This document shows positions 24,274 through 31,680 of a stretch of DNA of 33,945 bases, piece after piece. The stretch comes from Patescibacteria group bacterium (GTDB taxonomy: Bacteria > Patescibacteriota > Patescibacteriia > DYHP01): NCBI GenBank assembly GCA_034716735.1, contig JAYEKT010000064.1, forward strand, positions 1-33,945. Direction: 5' to 3'. The translations under genes were made by a program, and so were the position numbers. The notes beneath the pieces were generated by a model. It was given only the letters and a program-made list of their open reading frames with translations, was not told where the DNA came from and ran no database searches. How positions within the stretch are numbered: the first letter of the stretch is position 1; every line of letters starts with the position of its first letter.

Positions 24274-25751
24274 GACATTTCAGTTTTTTCTTTCAAGACC
24301 TTTTTATTAAATATTTTGCTAATTAAAATTTTTAATAGAGTTCTGTATGAAGATAGTCCATGAAGAAGGTAGCAAGGGATTGCGCCCAAAAGAATACCTA
24401 ACAACGAGTTCCGTAGTTTTATTTTTTTTCTATCTACGATAAGCCAACTTAATAAGTTGGGGATTGATAAAAATAATATTGATTCACATATAAAAACAGC
24501 CCAAAAATATGGGCTGTTTTTATATATGGCAATAATAAGCGAGAGCGTCATAAATGTGGGACCGAACACCCAATAGACGGCATGGGAAAAAAGTTTGGAG
24601 GACAGGATAAATAATCTCATTTTGTCCCTCTTTTTTTCAAGCACCTGTTCACCTACTATCTTTTTGTAATAATTAAACGATTGTAACGGACCAAAAAACC
24701 AATTTGCTTTTTGTTTGTATATACTCTCTACACTGTCTGGCGTATCCGATTCGTCAAAGTAGGGAATTGGCATAATTAGTTCTTCGGCGTAGCTTAGTTT
24801 TAATCCAAAAATAGCATCTTCATTATGAGTTGTAGTATCAAACCCATTCAAGTTTTGGTAGATATCTCTCGTAAAAAATAGACCATGCCCTATGCAGTAA
24901 TTTAGCGGATAGTTAAATGACTGTTTGCGGTTTTTGAATTTCAATTGTTTTAGAGCGTGGTATATTTCAAATCCAATGCTCCACCTCGTCTGCCATAACG
25001 CAGCCGAGGTTAATATCTTACCACTAATTACGCCCTTAAAGTTTTGTATATTTCCGAGATAATTTCCATATTGTTGGAATACTTTGATATTGCTTTTTTT
25101 TGACATCTGCAAAACCCAGTTAAATGTTTTTGGATGTGGCTTTGAGTCAGCGTTATAAACACAGAAAATATCATTGTCGCGCTTGTTGTTTTTAATAATC
25201 AAATCAATAGCATAGTTCAGTTGGTTTGACATATTGCCATTTAGTTTTGGGTAGTGATAAGTTTTTACCAAGGGATTATTTCGGGATATTTTTTTAATAA
25301 TTTTTATTGTATTTTCTCGCTTATTTATTATTCTTTTTGCTTTTTCTTTTGCGTCAAATAAATTATCACCGATATTCTTTATATCAGTTTTGCATTTTAA
25401 ATTAATAAAGTCGCGGACAAGTTGAATCTGATTGATGCTTTCTAAGTTTTTTAATAAGAACTGTGTTCTTTTATCAAACAATTCAAACTCTTTTTCTGTA
25501 GAAATTAAAATAATACGAAATTTTTTGATATGCTTAAAGGTATTTGTAAAATATTTAACCGTTTGTTCAATTCTTTCTACTTCATCTAAGACAGGTATTA
25601 GCGCATATAAATTTTTATGGTATCTGTCAGAGTGTTTTAAGGATATTTTTCGGCTTTTCTTGATCCATCTATACGATATAAATATTTTAAAATACCAATA
25701 GAATGAAATAGTCGCAAATCCTAAAAAAATGGCGTAAAATATTTTTGTCAT
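24270..25751 (-). CDS. membrane-embedded family-2 glycosyltransferase (synthase-like topology)
   Basis: N-terminal TM helix, 'ALIPVLDE', 'VYNADSKP', 'HNEDAIFGL' GT2 motifs, then 3-4 C-terminal TM helices. Confidence 0.7.
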   Translation of the reverse strand: MTKIFYAIFLGFATISFYWYFKIFISYRWIKKSRKISLKHSDRYHKNLYALIPVLDEVERIEQTVKYFTNTFKHIKKFRIILISTEKEFELFDKRTQFLLKNLESINQIQLVRDFINLKCKTDIKNIGDNLFDAKEKAKRIINKRENTIKIIKKISRNNPLVKTYHYPKLNGNMSNQLNYAIDLIIKNNKRDNDIFCVYNADSKPHPKTFNWVLQMSKKSNIKVFQQYGNYLGNIQNFKGVISGKILTSAALWQTRWSIGFEIYHALKQLKFKNRKQSFNYPLNYCIGHGLFFTRDIYQNLNGFDTTTHNEDAIFGLKLSYAEELIMPIPYFDESDTPDSVESIYKQKANWFFGPLQSFNYYKKIVGEQVLEKKRDKMRLFILSSKLFSHAVYWVFGPTFMTLSLIIAIYKNSPYFWAVFICESILFLSIPNLLSWLIVDRKKIKLRNSLLGILLGAIPCYLLHGLSSYRTLLKILISKIFNKKVLKEKTEMS

Positions 25752-25769
25752 AATATTTGTGTATTAAAG

Positions 25770-25793
25770 AATGGGGAGAATTTTCTCCCCATT
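25770..25793 (-). terminator. hairpin between the NDK-like and GT2 genes (terminator or attenuator)
   Basis: AATGGGGAG-AATTTT-CTCCCCATT. It begins 2 nt after the NDK-like stop and has only a weak T-run. Confidence 0.45.
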
Positions 25794-25794
25794 A

Positions 25795-26292
25795 TTATAT
25801 TTTTGCCTTTATGGCATTGATGATACTTTCTTTTTTGAATAGAAGTAATGATTCTCGGAGAGTATCTTCAGTAGTGTCTGATGTATGCATTAAATTAATA
25901 ATGTTTCCCTCAGTATGCTTATATAAATGACGCACATGATTTTTTATTTCATTGAGTTCATTTATAACATCTGGACCAGTTAAGATAAGAGCGTGTGATA
26001 CGTCAGATAAAAGATATTTTTTGAGATCGTTTGCCCACTTTAGTTCGTGGAAACCAGGATACATATCAAAAATTAATTTTTCATTGAAGGTAAATTTTTT
26101 TTCAAGACATATACTTAGTTTTTCACTCAAAATATCTGTAATAGTATCTTTTAGTTTGAGATATGTAATATCTGGTTTTAAGATGCAGAGCCCAATCGTT
26201 AAATCACATAATTCTTGACAGTCTATCCTGGGCTGTATATCGCCATACCAAAATCTCAATTTCCCATCAACAATCTTCATCTTCTTTTCCAT
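25795..26292 (-). CDS. divergent nucleoside-diphosphate-kinase-like protein
   Basis: 'LCILKPD', 'LILTGPDV', 'NLMHTSDTTEDTLRESLLLF' parallel the NDK motifs IIKPD, SGPVV and N.[IV]HGSDS.E.A..EI..[WF]F, with the catalytic His retained. ATG at 26292 has AAGGAG 6 nt upstream. Confidence 0.6.
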   Translation of the reverse strand: MEKKMKIVDGKLRFWYGDIQPRIDCQELCDLTIGLCILKPDITYLKLKDTITDILSEKLSICLEKKFTFNEKLIFDMYPGFHELKWANDLKKYLLSDVSHALILTGPDVINELNEIKNHVRHLYKHTEGNIINLMHTSDTTEDTLRESLLLFKKESIINAIKAKI

Positions 26293-26399
26293 CAAAATCT
26301 CCTTTGTTTTTGGCGTTAAATAAATGAACCATGATTTTTCTATAAAATATCACAAAATTGTGTTTTTGTCAAGGGTAAAGCAAATAGCTGTAATTTAAA

Positions 26400-26428
26400 T
26401 TGACAAAAGCGCTGAAATTTATTACAAT
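26400..26428 (+). promoter_or_regulatory. tRNA-Gly promoter
   Basis: TTGACA, 17 nt, TACAAT, 23 nt upstream of the tRNA. Confidence 0.65.
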
Positions 26429-26451
26429 TATTTTAGCTTTGAACCCTCAAA

Positions 26452-26523
26452 GCGGGCGTCGTATAACGGCTATTATACATCCTTGCCAAGGATGAGACGG
26501 CGGTTCGATTCCGCTCGCCCGCT
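26452..26523 (+). tRNA. tRNA-Gly (anticodon GCC), no CCA encoded
   Basis: Acceptor GCGGGCG/CGCCCGC, anticodon stem CATCC/GGATG with loop TTGCCAA, T arm GGCGG-TTCGATT-CCGCT, U73. Confidence 0.9.
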
Positions 26524-26595
26524 TTGAGGGTTTTAAGATATTCAAAAACCCCCGCCTACCCTGTCATCCTCTGGTTTATCCAGTGGATCCACAAA

Positions 26596-26618
26596 AACAC
26601 GCCAGGGGGTGGCGTGTT
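26596..26618. terminator. GC-rich hairpin between tRNA-Gly and hsdM
   Basis: AACACGCCA-GGGGG-TGGCGTGTT. The T-run is only on the minus-strand side. Confidence 0.4.
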
Positions 26619-26691
26619 TAGAGAATTGCAAAAATTAAGAAAATGTGGGAGAATGGAGGTAGAAATTAAAATTTTTTAAGCATAGAAAATT

Positions 26692-28269
26692 ATGACAACT
26701 GAACAAAAAAAGACATTAGAGCGTCAATTGTGGAAAGTAGCCGACACGCTTCGCGGTAAAATGAACGCAGATGAATATAAAAATTACATTCTTGGCTTCA
26801 TTTTTTACAAATATCTTTCCGAAAAATTAGAACGCTATGTCAATGAAAAGCTTCTTGTGCGGGAAGATTTTAAATTTGCAGAAATTAAAGAAAGTACAAA
26901 AGAGGGTAAATTAACTTTGGAAGAGGTAAGAAAAGCGTGCGTCGGACACCTCGGTTTTTTCTTAAAACCAAAAGAATTATTTTCTTATCTTGTTAAAAAA
27001 GGCAAGGGGGAAATAAAAAATCAAGAAGATTTTATTTTAGAAGATCTAAAAAGTGTTTTAGATACCATTGAACAAACATCTAAAAACACAGCAAGTGAAG
27101 ATGATTTTAAGGGTCTTTTTGATGATGTAGATTTAACATCTTCAAAACTTGGTTCTCGCGAAAATCAAAAAAATGAAACAATTATTGAAATTTTTAAACT
27201 TCTAAGTGAAATAGATTTTAAATTAGAAGATTCAAAAAGCGATTTACTTGGTGATGCTTATGAATATCTTATTGGAGAATTTGCCGCAGGCGCTGGTAAA
27301 AAAGGTGGTGAGTTTTATACCCCCGCACAAGTATCACGCTTGTTGGCTCAAATTGTAACAGAAGATAAAAAGAAAATTTGCTCAGTTTACGATCCAACCT
27401 GTGGTTCGGGTTCGCTTTTGCTTCGTATAGGTGACTTTGTTGATGTTGGCAATTACTTTGGGCAAGAACTTAATCGAACAACCTATAACCTCGCGCGTAT
27501 GAATATGATATTGCACGGCGTTAATTTTAATGACTTTAATATTCAACAAGGAGATACTTTAGTGGAAGACGCGCATCCAGATTTAAGAGCAGAGGCAATA
27601 GTTGCCAATCCTCCTTTTGCCGCAAAATGGAAAAGCGATAGTGATCCACAGTTAGCGCAAGATGAAAGATTTTCTCAATATGGAAGATTAGCGCCAAAAG
27701 GCGCGGCAGATTATGCTTTTGTAACACATATGATTTATCACTTGGCTGATAATGGAACAATGGCTGTTGTTTTACCGCATGGCGTATTGTTCAGAGGAGG
27801 CGCAGAAGGGCAGATAAGAAAATATATTATAGAAAGTCAAAATTATTTAGATGCGGTTATCGGGTTTCCTGCAAATATTTTTTATGGAACTTCTATTCCA
27901 GTAACCGTTCTGGTATTTAAAAAATGTCGTAAAGATGATGAGGATATTTTATTTATTGACGCGTCAAAAGAGTTTGAAAAAGGAAGAAATCAAAATCACC
28001 TGACTGATGAAAATCTTACAAAAATTTTTGAAACTTATGAAAAGCGTAAAGAGATAGAAAAATATTCTCATAAAGCAAGCTTGGAAGAAATTAAAGAAAA
28101 TGATTATAACTTAAACATTCCGCGCTATGTAGATACTTTTGAAGAAGAAGAGGAAATAGATATTGATAAAGTCGCGAAAGAGTTGAGAGGATTTCAGTCA
28201 AAAGAGAAAGAGATAGAGAAAAGAATCACAAAATATTGTAAGGAGTTGAAGATAGATAAGCCGTTTTAG
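26692..28269 (+). CDS. hsdM: Type I restriction-modification system, N6-adenine methyltransferase subunit
   Basis: HsdM N-terminal domain 'LWKVADTLRGKMNADEYKNYILGFIFYKYLS', motif I 'DPTCGSGSLL', motif IV 'VANPPFAAKW'. Confidence 0.92.
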   Translation: MTTEQKKTLERQLWKVADTLRGKMNADEYKNYILGFIFYKYLSEKLERYVNEKLLVREDFKFAEIKESTKEGKLTLEEVRKACVGHLGFFLKPKELFSYLVKKGKGEIKNQEDFILEDLKSVLDTIEQTSKNTASEDDFKGLFDDVDLTSSKLGSRENQKNETIIEIFKLLSEIDFKLEDSKSDLLGDAYEYLIGEFAAGAGKKGGEFYTPAQVSRLLAQIVTEDKKKICSVYDPTCGSGSLLLRIGDFVDVGNYFGQELNRTTYNLARMNMILHGVNFNDFNIQQGDTLVEDAHPDLRAEAIVANPPFAAKWKSDSDPQLAQDERFSQYGRLAPKGAADYAFVTHMIYHLADNGTMAVVLPHGVLFRGGAEGQIRKYIIESQNYLDAVIGFPANIFYGTSIPVTVLVFKKCRKDDEDILFIDASKEFEKGRNQNHLTDENLTKIFETYEKRKEIEKYSHKASLEEIKENDYNLNIPRYVDTFEEEEEIDIDKVAKELRGFQSKEKEIEKRITKYCKELKIDKPF

Positions 28270-28289
28270 AGTAGTAAATTGTTAAAATT

Positions 28290-29240
28290 ATGCAAGAAGA
28301 CAAAAATAATCAAATAATCATCTATAAAGCTGAAGACGGTAAGACAAAAATTGAAGTTCAGGTAAAAGATGAAACTGTTTGGCTTTCGCAAAAGCAAATG
28401 GCAGAGCTTTTTGATTGCTCTGTGGATAATGTAGGGCTTCATTTAAAGAATATTTATTTTGAAGGAGAATTAGTGGAAAATTTAACTTCCGAGGATTCCT
28501 CGGTAGTTCAAATAGAGGGCGGACGGAGTGTGAATAGACCGATTAAATCTTACAATCTAGATGCAATTATTTCCGTTGGGTATAGGGTTAATTCCTTGCG
28601 TGGTACACAGTTTCGTATTTGGGCAACTCAAAAATTGCGCGATTACATTATTAAGGGTTTTGCTATGGACGACGAACGATTGGCTGAAGGTCGGGTAGAA
28701 AAAACATATTTTGAAGAATGGGAAGATCGGATTAGAAAAATTAGAACTTCGGAAGCTAATTTTTATCAAAAAGTAAAAGACGTTTTTGCTACTAGCGCGG
28801 ATTATGATTCGAGATCAGATTACGCTAAGCAATTTTTTTCAGTAGTACAAAATAAATTTCATTTTGCTATAACTGGCTTAACTGCAGCAGAAATTGTTTC
28901 CAGTCGTGTAAGTAGTAGCAAGGATAATTTAGGATTAACGAATTGGAAGGGTGAGATCATCACACGCGATCAAGCACAGGTTGCAAAGAATTATTTAGAA
29001 GAGCTGGAACTTAAAAGATTAAATTTATTAGTAGAGCAATTTTTATCTTTTGCAGAACTGCAAAGTATAGAAAAGAGAGTGATGTATATGAGGGATTGGA
29101 TTAAAAAATTAGATGGTTTTTTAGTTTTAAATGACAAAAAGATTTTACAGAATGCGGGTAATATTTCGCATGTAAAAATGGAAAAGAAGGTTAGGGAGGA
29201 ACTAAAGAAATATAATGAGAATATTAAAGAATTAAAATAA
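28290..29240 (+). CDS. rhuM: RhuM-family protein
   Basis: 'IIIYKAEDGKTKIEVQVKDETVWLSQKQMAELF', 'ISVGYRVNSLRGTQFRIWATQKLRDYIIKGFAMDDERL' are characteristic RhuM motifs. The hsdM-rhuM-hsdS arrangement is common. Confidence 0.8.
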   Translation: MQEDKNNQIIIYKAEDGKTKIEVQVKDETVWLSQKQMAELFDCSVDNVGLHLKNIYFEGELVENLTSEDSSVVQIEGGRSVNRPIKSYNLDAIISVGYRVNSLRGTQFRIWATQKLRDYIIKGFAMDDERLAEGRVEKTYFEEWEDRIRKIRTSEANFYQKVKDVFATSADYDSRSDYAKQFFSVVQNKFHFAITGLTAAEIVSSRVSSSKDNLGLTNWKGEIITRDQAQVAKNYLEELELKRLNLLVEQFLSFAELQSIEKRVMYMRDWIKKLDGFLVLNDKKILQNAGNISHVKMEKKVREELKKYNENIKELK

Positions 29241-29266
29241 AAAAGTTACTATATTTTTTAAATAAA

Positions 29267-30553
29267 ATGCCAGCCAAAAACAAAAAATCAAAAAATAAAA
29301 AAATCCCGAAACTTCGTTTTCCGGAGTTTTCTGGTGCGTGGGAGGAGAGGAGGTTGGGGGAGGTGGGGGATATTATTACAGGTACGACTCCACCAACAGC
29401 AGAACGCGATTTTTATGGAGACGAGTTTATGTTTATATCACCAGCAGATATCGGAAACAAACGTTATATCAGAGATACAAAAAACAAATTAAGCAAATTG
29501 GGTTTTGGCTATGGAAGGGGGGTTAGAAAAAATGCAACGTTGTTTGTGTGTATTGGTTCAACTATAGGAAAAGTCGCACAAGCTGATAGAGATTGTTCGA
29601 CAAATCAACAAATTAATTCAATAGAATCAAATAAAAATAATTTAGATGATTTTATTTTTTATAGGTTGTTAAATGATTCAAAGAAAATTAAATTGTTAGC
29701 AGGTACTCAAGCTGTTCCACAATTAAATAAAACTCAATTTTCTAGTTTAAAATTTTGTTTTCCTATATTGAAGGAACAACAAAAAATCGCTGGGTTTTTG
29801 GGAGGGGTAGATGAGTGGATTGAAAATCTTCGCGCGGAAAAGGAAAAAATGGAAGAATATAAAAAAGGAATGATGCAAAAGATTTTTGACTTCTCTTGTC
29901 ATTCCCGCGCAGGCGGGAATCCAGAAAATTGCATCCGTTTCAAAGACGACAACGGTAAAAATTTTCCAGATTGGGAGGAGAAGGGGTTGGGGGAAATAAA
30001 AGTATTCGTATCTGATGGAAATTATGGGGAGATGTATCCAAAGGCGAGTGAAATGAAAGATACTGGAGTTCCCTTTATTCGTGCAAACAATATAAAAGAT
30101 CTCAAAGTGGTTTGGGATGATATGAAATATATAGGTAGTGATTTACATAAAATGCTACAAAGTGGCCATTTAAAAAAAGGTGATATTTTAGTTACAACAA
30201 GGGGTGAAATTGGTATGCTTGCCTATGTAGATGAAGAATTTGACGATGCCAATATCAACGCGCAAATTTGTTTATTAAGGTGCGGTAATGATATTTTGCC
30301 AAGATTTTTATTAAATTATTTATCATCGCGAATTGGGCAAAAACAATTTAAGGAATTACAGACCGGTTCAGCATTAAAACAATTACCAAAAGGGAATCTA
30401 TCAAAGATAAAAATTAATCTTCCATCACTTCCAGAACAGCAAAAAATCGCAGAATTTTTGACTTCCTTAGATAATCTGATAGAATTAAAAGAAAAACAAA
30501 TAACCCAAGCAGAGGAGTGGAAAAAGGGCTTAATGCAGGGGTTGTTTGTGTAA
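29267..30553 (+). CDS. hsdS: Type I R-M specificity subunit (two TRDs)
   Basis: 'PKLRFPEFSGAWEERRLGEV' and 'DWEEKGLGEI' TRD starts. Conserved helices 'LKEQQKIAGFL...KKGMMQKIF' and 'LPEQQKIAEFL...KKGLMQGLFV'. Confidence 0.9.
   Translation: MPAKNKKSKNKKIPKLRFPEFSGAWEERRLGEVGDIITGTTPPTAERDFYGDEFMFISPADIGNKRYIRDTKNKLSKLGFGYGRGVRKNATLFVCIGSTIGKVAQADRDCSTNQQINSIESNKNNLDDFIFYRLLNDSKKIKLLAGTQAVPQLNKTQFSSLKFCFPILKEQQKIAGFLGGVDEWIENLRAEKEKMEEYKKGMMQKIFDFSCHSRAGGNPENCIRFKDDNGKNFPDWEEKGLGEIKVFVSDGNYGEMYPKASEMKDTGVPFIRANNIKDLKVVWDDMKYIGSDLHKMLQSGHLKKGDILVTTRGEIGMLAYVDEEFDDANINAQICLLRCGNDILPRFLLNYLSSRIGQKQFKELQTGSALKQLPKGNLSKIKINLPSLPEQQKIAEFLTSLDNLIELKEKQITQAEEWKKGLMQGLFV
29891..29932 (+). repeat. in-frame copy of the GTCATTCC-YGC...GCR-GGAATCC palindromic element inside hsdS
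   Basis: TTCTCTTGTCATTCCCGC-GCAG-GCGGGAATCCAGAAAATTGC encodes FSCHSRAGGNPENC. It sits between the central conserved helix and the 'IRFKDDNG' start of TRD2. Confidence 0.65.
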
Positions 30554-30559
30554 TAATTT

Positions 30560-31198
30560 ATGAATAAGACCAGAAGGTTAATTGATGATAAAAGAAGTGA
30601 TTTTCCGGAATTTCAATATTACCATAATATTTTAGATAAAATAGAAGAGAATGTTAAAAAGATGCCAGATATTGCCATTGAAAGTTGCAAATCTTTAATA
30701 GAAGGAGTTTCTAAAACAATTTTAAAAAAATTAAAGATAGATTTTAAAGAAAATGGTAGAGGCACTGATCAGTCAAGGGAGTTATTAAACAAAGTTTTAG
30801 ATAATATTCCTAGTGCAATACCGCATGATCCAGAATTTATTAATAGAACTTGTGGACTCGTTTGTAGAATGACAGAAATAAGAAATAAAAGAGGTGATGT
30901 TTCTCATGGTAAAGTATCGCCAAAGGAGGAAGATAGTGATGTTAGGTTAGCACAATTTATTGCCGAAGTTACGGATAGTATAGTCTACTATGTACTGGAA
31001 ACTTTCTTTGTCGCAGACCTATCTTCCTTTGAAGAGGCTAAGTATGAAGACAACGAAGAATTTAATCAATTTTTAGATAGCGAAAATGAATTAGATGGAA
31101 TATCTTATAGCGAAGCATTGTTTTATCAAGATCCGGCCTCCTATGAAGAACAATTAAAAAATTATTTAGCAGAAAAAGAGGAGGGAGAAAGTAACTAA
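30560..31198 (+). CDS. Abi_C-like (abortive-infection C-terminal domain) protein
   Basis: 'AIESCKSLIEGVSKTILKKL' ... 'MTEIRNKRGDVSHGK' matches my recollection of the Abi_C pattern (helix ... [LI]RN..G..HG), followed by an acidic tail. Confidence 0.55.
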   Translation: MNKTRRLIDDKRSDFPEFQYYHNILDKIEENVKKMPDIAIESCKSLIEGVSKTILKKLKIDFKENGRGTDQSRELLNKVLDNIPSAIPHDPEFINRTCGLVCRMTEIRNKRGDVSHGKVSPKEEDSDVRLAQFIAEVTDSIVYYVLETFFVADLSSFEEAKYEDNEEFNQFLDSENELDGISYSEALFYQDPASYEEQLKNYLAEKEEGESN

Positions 31199-31201
31199 AA
31201 T

Positions 31202-31257
31202 AAATAACCCAAGCCGAGCAATGGAAAAAAGGTTTGATGTAGGGGTTGTTTGTGTAA
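31202..31257 (+). pseudogene. remnant of an hsdS 3' end (56 nt, 49/56 identical to 30498-30553) with an in-frame stop
   Basis: Hand alignment. It reads ITQAEQWKKGLM*GLFV*, compared with the hsdS C-terminus ITQAEEWKKGLMQGLFV*. Confidence 0.8.
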
Positions 31258-31259
31258 AC

Positions 31260-31347
31260 TTGCAATTTTTTTAGAGTGTGTTATAATAAAATTATTAACA
31301 CAACACTTTAAGATAAAGTTGCAATTTTTTTTAATATAGATTATAAT
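31260..31347 (+). promoter_or_regulatory. two tandem promoters upstream of higB, plus an imperfect palindrome
   Basis: P1 is TTGCAA (31260), 16 nt, TATAAT (31282). P2 is TTGCAA (31319), 17 nt, TATAAT (31342), ending 4 nt before the ATG. GTGTGTTATAAT-AAA-ATTATTAACACAAC overlaps the P1 -10. Confidence 0.5.
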
Positions 31348-31351
31348 AGAT

Positions 31352-31657
31352 ATGGAGATATCATTTAGAGATAACAAAATAAAAAAACAGGTAGCAAAAA
31401 AAGTGAGGTCTAATAATATCGCCAATAGACGATTGACGCAATTAAAAAATGCTATTTGTTTTACAGATATACCAGCCAGCGCAAAAGCGCATTTTTTACA
31501 AGGTAATTTAAAAAATTGTTTTGCGGTGGATTTTGATTATCCAGCAAGATTAATTTGTGAACCTGCTGAAGAATTTAGAAAGGATGGTAATGGACAGTTC
31601 ATTAAAGAAAGTATTACTGCTTTAGAGATTTTAGAGATTAAAAAAGATTATCATTAA
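31352..31657 (+). CDS. higB: HigB-like (RelE/ParE superfamily 'killer protein') toxin
   Basis: The N-terminus 'MEISFRDNKIKK', the 'HFLQGNLKNCFAV' segment and the C-terminus '...ILEIKKDYH' parallel the HigB/killer-protein family (MIKSF..., H.LKGD..G.WS, ...DYH). Confidence 0.6.
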   Translation: MEISFRDNKIKKQVAKKVRSNNIANRRLTQLKNAICFTDIPASAKAHFLQGNLKNCFAVDFDYPARLICEPAEEFRKDGNGQFIKESITALEILEIKKDYH

Positions 31658-31680
31658 AAAAATAATTAATCTATAAGAAT

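Noticed and set aside
26562-26591. TGTCATCCTCTGG-TTTAT-CCAGTGGATCCA as a fifth member of the palindromic element family.
   Set aside because: Only the outer TGTCAT.CC/GGA.TCCA bases match, and the stem has a mismatch. I mention it under the family finding but do not call it a feature.
29267-31257. Phase-variable hsdS shufflon (multiple hsdS copies recombining).
   Set aside because: The second copy is only a 56-nt direct (not inverted) remnant with a stop codon, and no recombinase gene is present in the locus.
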